From: Tubiluchus corallicola
Lineage: Eukaryota; Animalia; Priapulida
Direction: 5' to 3'
NCBI GenBank assembly: GCA_030141605.1
Contig: JAQGDQ010001914.1
Location: forward strand, 1 to 21,194
Length of the DNA stretch: 21,194 nt
The notes under the pieces were generated by a model, which had not been told where the DNA came from, did no database searches, and was given only the letters and a program-made list of their open reading frames with translations. Position numbers and translations under genes: made by a program. Below, one piece after another: positions 10,371 to 21,194 of this stretch. Within the stretch, counting starts at the first letter, position 1; each line of letters starts with the position of its first letter.

Positions 10371-11651
10371 TTTCTTAAACCTAACTTACCGAAAGGTTCT
10401 GCCTTTCCTTTAAAATGGACGTATTTCTTAAACCTAACTTACTGAAAGGTTCGGCCTTTCCTTTAAGCTGGACGTAATTCTTAAACCTAACTTACTGAAA
10501 GGTTCTGCCTTTCCTTTAAAATGGACGTATTTCTTAAACCTAACTTACCGAAAGGTTCTGCCTTTCCTTTAAGATGGACGCATTTCTTAAACCTAACTTA
10601 CTGAAAGGTTCGGCCTTTCCTTTAAGATGGACGCATTTCTTAAACCTAACTTACTGAAAGGTTCGGCCTTTCCTTTAAGATGGACGTAATTCTTAAACCT
10701 AACTTACTGAAAGGTTCTGCCTTTCCTTTAAAATGGATGTATTTCTTAAACCTAACTTACCGAAAGGTTCTGCCTTTCCTTTAAGATGGATGTATTTCTT
10801 AAACCTAACTTACCGAAAGGTTCTGCCTTTCCTTTAAAATGGACGTATTTCTTAAACCTAACTTACTGAAAGGTTCGGCCTTTTCTTTAAGATGGACGTA
10901 TTTCTTAAACCTAACTTACCGAAAGGTTCAGCCTTTCCTTTAAGCTGGACGTAATTCTTAAACCTAACTTACTGAAAGGTTCTGCCTTTCCTTTAAAATG
11001 GACGTATTTCTTAAACCTAACTTACCGAAAGGTTCTGCCTTTCCTTTAAGATGGACGCATTTCTTAAACCTAACTTACTGAAAGGTTCGGCCTTTCCTTT
11101 AAGATGGACGCATTTCTTAAACCTAACTTACTGAAAGGTTCGGCCTTTCCTTTAAGATGGACGTAATTCTTAAACCTAACTTACTGAAAGGTTCTGCCTT
11201 TCCTTTAAAATGGATGTATTTCTTAAACCTAACTTACTGAAAGGTTCTGCCTTTCCTTTAAGATGGATGTATTTCTTAAACCTAACTTACCGAAAGGTTC
11301 TGCCTTTCCTTTAAGATGGATGTATTTCTTAAACCTAACTTACCGAAAGGTTCTGCCTTTCCTTTAAAATGGACGTATTTCTTAAACCTAACTTACCGAA
11401 AGGTTCTGCCTTTCCTTTAAAATGGACGTATTTCTTAAACCTAACTTACTGAAAGGTTCGGCCTTTTCTTTAAGATGGACGTATTTCTTAAACCTAACTT
11501 ACCGAAAGGTTCAGCCTTTCCTTTAAGATGGACGTATTTCTTAAACCTAACTTTCCGAAAGGTTCGGCCTTTCCTTTAAGATGGACGTATTTCTTAAACC
11601 TAACTTACTGAAAGGTTCGGCCTTTTCTTTAAGATAGACGTATTTTCTTAA
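10343..11651. repeat. 53-bp minisatellite, ~24.5 copies, with a hairpin in each unit
   Basis: AAACCTAACTTAC(C/T)GAAAGGTTC(T/G)GCCTTTCCTTTAA(A/G)ATGGACGTATTTCTT; full units start at 10377, 10430 and onward. Confidence 0.97.
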
Positions 11652-11675
11652 GTGCTAACCAGTGAACTAGAAATG

Positions 11676-11790
11676 TTGGTGTTGATGATGATGATGATAA
11701 TGATGGTGATGATGATGATGACAATGATGGCGATGATGATGACAATGGGGACGATCATGATGACAACGATGACGATGACGATGATGACGT

Positions 11791-11823
<33 letters not shown>

Positions 11824-11916
11824 TGACGATGATGACGGTGATGATGACGATGACGATGACGATGACGATGATGATGACGATGATGATGACGATGGTGATG
11901 ATGACGACGGTGATGT

Positions 11917-11998
<82 letters not shown>

Positions 11999-12028
11999 TA
12001 TGACGATGATGATGACGACGACGATTGA
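11676..12028. repeat. (GAT/GAC)n trinucleotide microsatellite
   Basis: Read directly; pure (GAT)n run at about 11918-11996. Confidence 0.95.
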
Positions 12029-12388
12029 TATAAACGAAATATAAGAAAACAATAAGTAATACGAATAAGAAAAGAAACGTTTTGAACATGTTGAAAGCAG
12101 CTTTTGGGTTCTTATTTTTACCGTGCTGACAAAGCATGCTCAAAGTACTTTACGTTAAAACATCAGTGGTTTTGTAAAACGATTCCCGGAAAATGTCGTT
12201 CAAAGAAAAGCTACTAATTAGTGAACAGAGAAAACGATTTCAAAGATTTGGCACAATTGATGAAAAGAGTTACTTCCTGTAATTAAAAGAGAAGAAAAAT
12301 GGAAAAGGTTTCCGCGCTTGTGATTACGGGTATATTCTTCCGTTTCACAAACTTTTTACTGTTAAAACTTTATCCTGTTTCAACGTAG

Positions 12389-12441
12389 CGAACAGAATAA
12401 AGAGGTGATAGAAAAAGAGGCTTTGACAGAGGGACGATTCG
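12389..12441 (+). CDS. Candidate additional small coding exon (EQNKEVIEKEALTEGRF)
   Basis: Pyrimidine-rich acceptor ...TATCCTGTTTCAACGTAG, purine-rich open frame, and donor G|GTTAGC in phase 1 matching the next exon. It needs an upstream phase 1-to-2 exon. Confidence 0.3.
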
Positions 12442-12459
12442 GTTAGCTGACCTGTAATG

Positions 12460-13040
12460 ATGTCACAGGAGAAAAATGTCGCAATTCTGGCTAAGAAAAA
12501 GTCACAACTAATTCTGGTTAGTGTTAGGATTAGGATTAGGGTTAGGATTAGGTTTAGGCTTATTTCTTTGCATATTTTTTGCTGTCACTTTTTTCGTGTG
12601 ACTTTTTTCCACGAGACTTTTTTTTGCTGTGACTTTTTTCATGTGACTTTTTTCCACGAGACTTTTTTTTGCTGTGACTTTTTTCATGTGACTTTTTTCC
12701 ACGAGACTTTTTTTTGCTGTGACTTTTTTCATGTGACTTTTTTCCACGATACTTTTTTTTGCTGTGACTTTTTTCATGTGACTTTTTTCCACGAGACTTT
12801 TTTCATGTGACTTTTTTCCACGAGACTTTTTTTTGCTGTGACTTTTTTCGGTGACTTTTTCCTGTGCCTTTTCTGCTGTGACTTTTTTTCTGTGACTTTT
12901 TTCTTGTTTCCTGTGCTTTTTCTGCTGTGACTTTTTTCGTGTGTCGTTTTTCGCGTTACTTTTTGTGACTCATTTCCCGTAACTTTTTTGCGTGACTTTT
13001 TTCCCGTGTCTTTTTTACCTGTGGCTCTTTTACCTGTCTT
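12460..13040 (+). mobile_element. Family B element, copy 2 (short telomere-like core at 12516-12559)
   Basis: GTCACAGGAGAAAAA / AAAAAGTCACA, then TTAGG(A/G) repeats, then many inverted TGTGACTTTTT units ending TTTTACCTGTGG, as in copy 1. Confidence 0.55.
12581..12850. repeat. 45-bp tandem repeat (3 x ~15-bp subunits), 5-6 copies, decaying to ~13037
   Basis: GCTGTGACTTTTTTCATGTGACTTTTTTCCACGAGACTTTTTTTT at 12581, 12626, 12671, 12716 and 12761. Confidence 0.93.
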
Positions 13041-13584
13041 CTGAAATTGCTGGTATTTTCTTAGCTATGACCAAGGATTGCAGTAACAAAAATGGCTCAA
13101 AATAGATACAGTAAAAACAAATACATGATTTTTTTACTACTTGATAATAATTATTTGACAAAATTATTGTCTAAAAACATTTTTTGGTAAGCATTCTTGA
13201 CAAGAGACTGCCAAAAGTTATAATTGACGTTTTGCTTTGTTTTTCTTCGCAAACTTCGGGAAATTTTCGTGATTTCATCTCATCTGACGTTCTCTGAAAA
13301 GGTCTGGATTTAGGAAGCTGCAGAAATATGCAATCTATAATTCTTTAAGCTTAAGTAAACTGCCTATGTAAACACGTGCTAATCCCGAAGTGTGAAAACT
13401 CTAATCAAAAGAATTTACGAAAATAAAAGTTTGTAAAAAAATTGTTTTCCTGGCATATGTACATATTTTTCCTCTTATGAAAGCTGATGAAAGATTTCAT
13501 CTGGGAAAATCAATCGAGTAATTATATAAATATATATATAAGTACATGTGTATGTGTATATTTACAACTATGCTCTTATTTTAG

Positions 13585-13685
13585 GTGATTTCTATACATA
13601 TGATCTTCAATGGTCTAGAAACGAAGCAAAAGATATAGCGGTTTTGCGACCTGCAACTAGGATGCAAGCTCTCACTAATTTCTCG
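13585..13685 (+). CDS. Internal coding exon, start of pentraxin/LamG-like domain
   Basis: Acceptor CTCTTATTTTAG; translates (G)DFYTYDLQWSRNEAKDIAVLRPATRMQALTNFS; donor G|GTGAGT; phase 1 to 0; joins the next exon to give LTNFSISFWMRT. Confidence 0.85.
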
Positions 13686-13699
13686 GTGAGTGTGTTGAA

Positions 13700-14068
13700 G
13701 CTGATGATGATGATGATGATGATGATGGTGGTGCTGATGCTGATGCTGATGGTGGTGTTGCTGCTGCAGATGGTGATGCTGATGATGAAATGTGCTGATG
13801 GTGTTGGTGGTGGTGCTGCTGCTGCTGATGATGATGATGACGACGACGACGACAACGACGATGATGATGATGATGATGATAATGTTGATGGTGATGTTGA
13901 TGGTGATGCTGCTGCTGCAGATGCTGATGCTGATGATGAAATGTGCTGATGGTGTTGGTGGTGGTGGTGATGCTGCTGCTGCTGTTGCTGCTGCTGGTGA
14001 TGTTAATGTTGATGGTAATGTTGATGGTGATGATGATGATGATGATGATGATGACAATGAGGACGATA

Positions 14069-14144
<76 letters not shown>

Positions 14145-14275
14145 TGATGATGATGATGATGATGACGATGACGACGACGACGACGACGATGACGATGACG
14201 ATGATGGTGATGGCGATGGTGATGATGATGATGACGATGATAAAGAGGGTGATAAAGTTGGTGGTGATGATAACA
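13700..14275. repeat. Compound (GAT/GAC/GCT/GGT)n microsatellite with an internal ~151-bp duplication
   Basis: Read directly; AAATGTGCTGATGGTGTTGGTGGTGGTG begins at 13788 and at 13939. Confidence 0.93.
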
Positions 14276-15671
14276 ACAGCAGGAAAAATACCAGTGAATG
14301 TGAAGGTAAACGTGGTAATGCTGATGGAAGTGGAAGTGGTGCTGACAATAAGTATATGATACTGACACTGAAATCGCTCGCTACACAGCTTTTGTCTAAA
14401 TTGTAATAATTTATGAAGGTTCTTATTAGATTCTTAATTGCTAATAAACAATTCAATTGTACTAAACTAGGATCATGCTAGGATCATGCGTATTTGTAAG
14501 TTATGTGGATTTTTTGCTTAATCATTTATTAACCTGTTAATTAAGCCTTTTCGCAGTTTCCTTGTGCGCACGCGCAGTTGCTGCAGGTCAAAGGTTAAGT
14601 GTAATACGTTAACTACAACTGTCACACAATATGAGGTTTTTTGAACGTGCTAGTTTGACTAGTTAATATATAGTATACAGTATAGTATTCTATAGTATAT
14701 ATAGTATATTGCATATAGTATTTAGCAAAAGCTACAAAGGTCAAACGTAGAACTGTTAATTTGATTTGGAGCAATTATCGGAAAGATTAAGGTACATTAT
14801 TACCAATACAGCACAATTTTAATTAATCTCGATAAATCGGATTATAATAGAGAGCTACGTACATCCATCAAAATTAATTAGCATCATTTCCATCAAAATA
14901 GCCGTCAATCCATATTCTGTTTTGTCATTCTCAGAAGTTGGTAACGAGTAATGTTGTCAGCGGAAAGAGGGCAGGGAGGGAGAAAAACAGGAAGAGGGGT
15001 AGATGGGAAGTAGGAAGATGAAAATGGGTAACAGAAACTGCGCAGAAGTTTGAACATTTTTGGCAGTTAGAAAGTTGGGAGAAACGGCCACTGAGTGAAA
15101 GAAATGAAGGGAGCGAGAAAATGAACAGAGATATTTTTTGCTGTGGGCATCAATATAAAAAATGTGGGCAAACACTCATGGGATAATTATTTACCCCACT
15201 TTGGTCAGCTAAGGGTTAATTTGCTGATTCGTTTTATCCAATCCAAACTCTTTGATTTCTTAACCTTTTTTCCTTTCTTCATCAATTACTTTTCCTCTTC
15301 GTTCTCTTATTCTTTTCTACTTTTTTCTGCCTCTTTTTCTGGCTATTTTCCTTAAATATGTTAAAGACTTTTGTACTTAGTGCAGCGTCTTGAGACGACA
15401 GATGAGTAACTGTGACAGAATGACCATCACAATTACTCCTTCTCATCCATATGAGGTCTCAGTTACACGTATTCCTTCCACTTAAGAGTTATCGCTTTGA
15501 TATGTGACCCAATGATTACATATAAGTTAATGTGTTCATCACAGGGAGATAGAAAAACTGTAATTCTCATTTACAGTATGTAACCCCAGGGGTGGATTAA
15601 ATGTTACCTGTCCTGTTGTGCATATGAAGAAGTTCTGAAGGTAATTGCTAAGACACTAGAATACAGGTGAG

Positions 15672-15680
15672 CTCTCTCTC

Positions 15681-15714
<34 letters not shown>

Positions 15715-15829
15715 CCTCTCTCCTCCCTCTCTCCCTCTCTCTCTCTCCCTCTCCCCTCTCTCCCCTCCCCTCTCCCTCTCCCTCTCCCTCTCCCTCCCCC
15801 TCTCTCTCTCTCTCTCTCTATATATATAT
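15672..15829. repeat. (CT)n-(AT)n microsatellite
   Basis: Read directly. Confidence 0.95.
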
Positions 15830-15933
15830 GAAGAAGTTCTGAAGGTAATTGCTAAGACACTAGAATACAGGTAGAATTCAAGTAGAATACAGGTGAGCTT
15901 TATTTATATAAATCATTAATAACACTATACATT

Positions 15934-16413
<480 letters not shown>

Positions 16414-16897
16414 GAAGAAGATCTGAAAGTAATTGCTAAGACACTAGAATACAGGTACAATACAGGTGAGCTTTCTTTATACAAATCATTAACAACACTA
16501 TACGTTGCTCAGTTTTCTGGCTATTTTCCTTAAATATGTTAAAGATTTTTGTATTTAGTGCAGCGTCTTGACACAACAGATGAGTAACTGTGACAGAATG
16601 ACTATCACAATTACTCCTTCTCACCCATATGAGGTCTCGGTTACACGTATTCCTTCCACTTAAGAGTTCTCGCTTTGATATGTGACCCAATGATTACATA
16701 TAAGCTAATGCCTCCATCACAGGGAGATAGAAAAACTGTAATTCTCATTTACAGTATGTAAGCCCAGGGGTGGATTAAATGTTACCTGTCCTGTTGTGCA
16801 TATGAAGAAGTTCTGAAGGTAATTGCTAAGACACTAGAATACAGGTAGAATACAGGTGAGCTTAATTTTTATAAATCATTAATAACACTATACATTG

Positions 16898-17069
<172 letters not shown>

Positions 17070-17264
17070 AATGAAAGTTTAGACTCTATATAAAGAAATA
17101 GACTCATTTTGTAGTTGAAATTTCTTGTGTGGGATTTTTAATGTTTTAAGAAGAGAATGTAATAATATGACTAATGATCATAATTAAGAACTAATAATTA
17201 ATAAAAATAAGGTGAAAAAAATCGTGAGTGAGCTTCACGACAGCGCATGCGTTACTTTCTTCAG

Positions 17265-17422
17265 ATCTCCTTCTGGATGAGAACCTCGGAGAAGGTAGGA
17301 GAGCCAACGATTTCGTACATCGGCGATCGCAACAGCTTGAAATACTTTCGATTTCAACTGCAGGAGTATCGTCACAATTCAAGCGGATTTCAAATTAACC
17401 TTCTGCATCACAAAACCATTTT
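17265..17422 (+). CDS. Internal coding exon, pentraxin/LamG-like domain (gene continues beyond window)
   Basis: Acceptor TTACTTTCTTCAG; translates ISFWMRTSEKVGEPTISYIGDRNSLKYFRFQLQEYRHNSSGFQINLLHHKTI; donor GTAAGT at 17423; phase 0 to 2. It fits the pentraxin pattern L..FT.C.W.RT.....P.SY. Confidence 0.87.
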
Positions 17423-17633
17423 GTAAGTTGTCATTCAGTAAAACGGAACTCAAAAAGTTTAAATTTAGCTTTTTTATATTTTTTAATATGAAATGAATGC
17501 AATGTAATGACAGTCGTTTTACTTTGCTAAATTTCATTCTTATTAAACATCAATCAAATTATTTTTCTAATTAATACAATTAAGCTAATAACGACACTGT
17601 TAAAAATAACTGAGCGGCTGAGTAAAGCATGAT

Positions 17634-17780
17634 CAGGGCTGAACTGTGACGTTTTGGGGCCCCAAAGCTAATGAAATTAAAGCGCCCCCAGACGGAGCCA
17701 CCCCCTAATCCAGCCCTTCTCCCAAAGCTTGAGGGACCCTAGGCTGCAGCCTATACTAGCCTATAGGGTAATCCAGCCCT
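17634..17780 (+). mobile_element. hAT MITE family A, short copy seeding the 63-bp satellite
   Basis: Left end CAGGGCTGAACTGTGACGTTTTGGGGCCCCAAAGCTAATGAAATT; right-end inverse TAATCCAGCCCT at 17769-17780. Confidence 0.75.
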
Positions 17781-20700
17781 CCTCCCAAAGCTTGAGGGAC
17801 CTAGGCTGCAGCCTATACTGACCTATAGGCTAATCCAGCTCTGCCTGCAAAGCTTGAGGGACTCTAGGCTGCAGCCTATACTAACCTATAGGCTAATCCA
17901 GCTCTGCCTGCAAAGCTTGAGGGACTCTAGGCTGCAGCCTATACTGACCTATAGGATAATCCAGCTCTGCCTGCAAAGCTTGAGGGACTCTAGGCTGCAG
18001 CCTATACTAACCTATAGGCTAATCCAGCTCTGCTTGCAAGGCTCAAGGGACTCTAGGCTGCAGCCTATACTGACCTATAGGCTAATCCAGCTCTGCCTGC
18101 AAAGCTTGAGGGACCTAGGCTGCAGCCTATACTGACCTATAGGCTAATCCAGCTCTGCCTGCAAAGCTTGAGGGACCCTAGGCTGCAGCCTATACTAGCC
18201 TATAGGGTAATCCAGCCCTCCTCCCAAAGCTTGAGGGACCCTAGGCTGCAGCCTATACTAACCTATAGGATAATCCAGCTCTGCTTGCAAAGCTTGAGGG
18301 GCCCTAGGCTGCAGCCTATACTAACCTATAGGATAATCCAGCTCTGCTTGCAAAGCTTGAGGGACCCTAGGCTGCAGCCTATACTAACCTATAGGGTAAT
18401 CCAGCTCTGCTTGCAAAGCTTGAGGGACCCTAGGCTGCAGCCTATACTAACCTATAGGCTAATCCAGCTCTCCTGCAAAGCTTGAGGGACCCTAGGCTGC
18501 AGCCTATACTAACCTATAGGCTAATCCAGCTCTGCCTGCAAAGCTTGAGGGACCTAGGCTGCAGCCTATACTAACCTATAGGCTAATCCAGCTCTGCTTG
18601 CAAAGCTTGAGGGACCTAGGCTGCAGCCTATACTAACCTATAGGATAATCCAGCTCTGCTTGCAAAGCTTGAGGGACTCTAGGCTGCAGCCTATACTAAC
18701 CTATAGGGTAATCCAGCTCTGCTTGCAAAGCTTGAGGGACCTAGGCTGCAGCCTATACTGACCTATAGGCTAATCCAGCTCTGCCTGCAAAGCTTGAGGG
18801 ACCCTAGGCTGCAGCCTATACTAACCTATAGGCTAATCCAGCTCTCCTGCAAAGCTTGAGGGACCCTAGGCTGCAGCCTATACTAACCTATAGGATAATC
18901 CAGCTCTCCTGCAAAGCTTGAGGGACCCTAGGCTGCAGCCTATACTGACCTATAGGCTAATCCAGCTCTCCTGCAAAGCTTGAGGGACCCTAGGCTGCAG
19001 CCTATACTAACCTATAGGCTAATCCAGCTCTGCCTGCAAAGCTTGAGGGACCTAGGCTGCAGCCTATACTAACCTATAGGCTAATCCAGCTCTGCCTGCA
19101 AAGCTTGAAGGGACCTAGGCTGCAGCCTATACTGACCTATAGGCTAATCCAGCTCTGCCTGCAAAGCTTGAGGGACCTAGGCTGCAGCCTATACTAACCT
19201 ATAGGGTAATCCAGCTCTGCTTGCAAAGCTTGAGGGACCTAGGCTGCAGCCTATACTGACCTATAGGCTAATCCAGCTCTGCTTGCAAAGCTTGAGGGAC
19301 CTAGGCTGCAGCCTATACTGACCTATAGGCTAATCCAGCTCTGCCTGCAAAGCTTGAAGGGCCCTAGGCTGCAGCCTATACTAACCTATAGGATAATCCA
19401 GCTCTGCCTGCAAAGCTTGAGGGGCTCTAGGCTGCAGCCTATACTGACCTATAGGATAATCCAGCTCTGCCTGCAAAGCTTGAGGGACTCTAGGCTGCAG
19501 CCTATACTGACCTATAGGCTAATCCAGCTCTGCCTGCAAAGCTTGAGGGACTCTAGGCTGCAGCCTATACTAACCTATAGGCTAATCCAGCTCTGCCTGC
19601 AAAGCTTGAGGGACCTAGGCTGCAGCCTATACTGACCTATAGGCTAATCCAGCTCTGCCTGCAAAGCTTGAGGGACCCTAGGGCAGCCTATACTGACCTA
19701 TAGGCTAATCCAGCTCTGCCTGAAAGCTGAAGGGCCCTAGGCTGCAGCCTAACCTATAGGGTAATCCAGCTCTCTTGCAAAGCTTGAGGGACCTAGGCTG
19801 CAGCCTATACAGACCTATAGGCAATCCAGCTCTGCTTGCAAAGCTTGAGGGACCTAGGCTGCAGCCTATACTGACCTATAGGCTAATCCAGCCTCTCCAA
19901 AGCTTGAGGGACTAGGCTCAGCCTATACTAACCTATAGGTAATCCAGCTTTCCCAAAGCTTGAGGGACTCTAGGCTGCAGCCTATACTGACCTATAGGAT
20001 AATCCAGCTCTGCCTGCAAAGCTTGAGGGACTCTAGGCTGCAGCCTATACTGACCTATAGGATAATCCAGCTCTGCTTGCAAAGCTTGAGGGACTCTAGG
20101 CTGCAGCCTATACTGACCTATAGGCTAATCCAGCTCTGCCTGCAAAGCTTGAGGGACTCTAGGCTGCAGCCTATACTAACCTATAGGCTAATCCAGCTCT
20201 GCCTGCAAAGCTTGAGGGACCTAGGCTGCAGCCTATACTGACCTATAGGCTAATCCAGCTCTGCCTGCAAAGCTTGAAGGGCCCTAGGCTGCAGCCTATA
20301 CTAACCTATAGGGTAATCCAGCTCTGCTCCCAAAGCTTGAGGGACCCTAGGCTGCAGCCTATACTAACCTATAGGGTAATCCAGCTCTGCTTGCAAAGCT
20401 TGAGGGACCTAGGCTGCAGCCTATACTAACCTATAGGGTAATCCAGCCTCTTCCAAAGCTTGAGGGACCTAGGCTGCAGCCTATACTAACCTATAGGCTA
20501 ATCCAGCTCTGCCCAAAGCTTGAGGGACCCTAGGCTGCAGCCTATACTAACCTATAGGGTAATCCAGCTCTGCCTGCAAAGCTTGAGGGACCCTAGGCTG
20601 CAGCCTATACTGACCTATAGGCTAATCCAGACCTGTTTGCAAAGCTTGAAGGACTCTAGGCTGCAGCCTATACTAACCTATAGGATAATCCAGCTCTGCT

Positions 20701-21194
20701 TGCAAAGCTTGAGGGACTCTAGGCTGCAGCCTATACTAACCTATAGGCTAATCCAGCTCTGCCTGCAAAGCTTGAGGGACCTAGGCTGCAGCCTATACTG
20801 ACCTATAGGCTAATCCAGACCTGTTTGCAAAGCTTGAAGGACTCTAGGCTGCAGCCTATACTAACCTATAGGGTAATCCAGCTCTCTCAAAGCTTGAGGG
20901 ACCTAGGCTGCACCAACACCAAAACAGCCCTGCAAAGCTTGAGGGACCCTAGGCTGCAGCCTATACTGACCTATAGGATAATCCAGCCTCTTCCCAAAGC
21001 TTGAGGGACTCTAGGCTGCAGCCTATACTAACCTATAGGATAATCCAGCTCTGCCTGCAAAGCTTGAGGGACTCTAGGCTGCAGCCTATACTAACCTATA
21101 GGATAATCCAGCTCTGTTTGCAAAGCTTGAGGGACCCTAGGCTGCAGCCTATACTAACCTATAGGATAATCCAGCTCTGTTTGCAAAGCTTGAG
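17706..21194. repeat. 62/63-bp satellite, roughly 55 copies, running off the window
   Basis: CAAAGCTTGAGGGAC(C/T/-)CTAGGCTGCAGCCTATACT(A/G)ACCTATAGG(C/A/G)TAATCCAGCTCTGC(C/T)TG. Confidence 0.98.

Noticed and set aside
11648-12143. Poly-Ile, poly-Met and poly-His ORFs
   Set aside because: These are translations of a (GAT/GAC)n microsatellite.
12457-12810. Cys/Phe-rich and Lys-rich repeat ORFs
   Set aside because: Products of the 45-bp repeat within a family B element.
13792-14406. Poly-Asp ORF resembling an acidic biomineralisation protein
   Set aside because: It lies just inside the intron after a strong donor, has a GTG start, no signal peptide and no clear acceptor, and the tract is open in several frames as expected for a GAY microsatellite. 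Expression data could overturn this.
14955-15350. Purine-rich block followed by a pyrimidine-rich block as an inverted-repeat element
   Set aside because: Only compositional complementarity; no specific TIR or TSD was found.
17854-20801. Repetitive ORFs (LQSLRDSRLQPILTYRLIQLC)n
   Set aside because: They arise from the 63-bp periodicity, mostly use TTG starts, are broken by frequent 62-bp units, and lie in an intronic MITE-derived array.
17706-21194. CRISPR-like appearance of the palindromic arrays (also the 44-, 49- and 53-bp arrays)
   Set aside because: Units are contiguous with no unique spacers, there are no cas-like ORFs, and the context is eukaryotic.

Overview
This is AT-rich eukaryotic DNA, probably from an invertebrate animal (inferred from GT-AG introns, TTAGGG-type repeats and metazoan-style MITEs), not prokaryotic sequence. 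The only well-supported gene is a + strand, multi-exon gene missed by the ORF track. Its exons at 7575-7626, 13585-13685 and 17265-17422 splice in frame to a signal peptide plus the N-terminal part of a pentraxin/LamG-like domain, and the gene continues beyond the window. About half the window is tandem repeat (units of 22, 23/41, 44, 45, 49, 53, 63, 137, 149 and ~390 bp, plus GAY, CT, AT and telomere-like tracts). The most notable pattern is that several arrays can be traced to amplified pieces of transposable elements, in some cases with an unamplified relative in the same window. I see no CRISPR array, RNA gene or clearly novel enzymatic system. Most ORFs in the supplied track are repeat artefacts.
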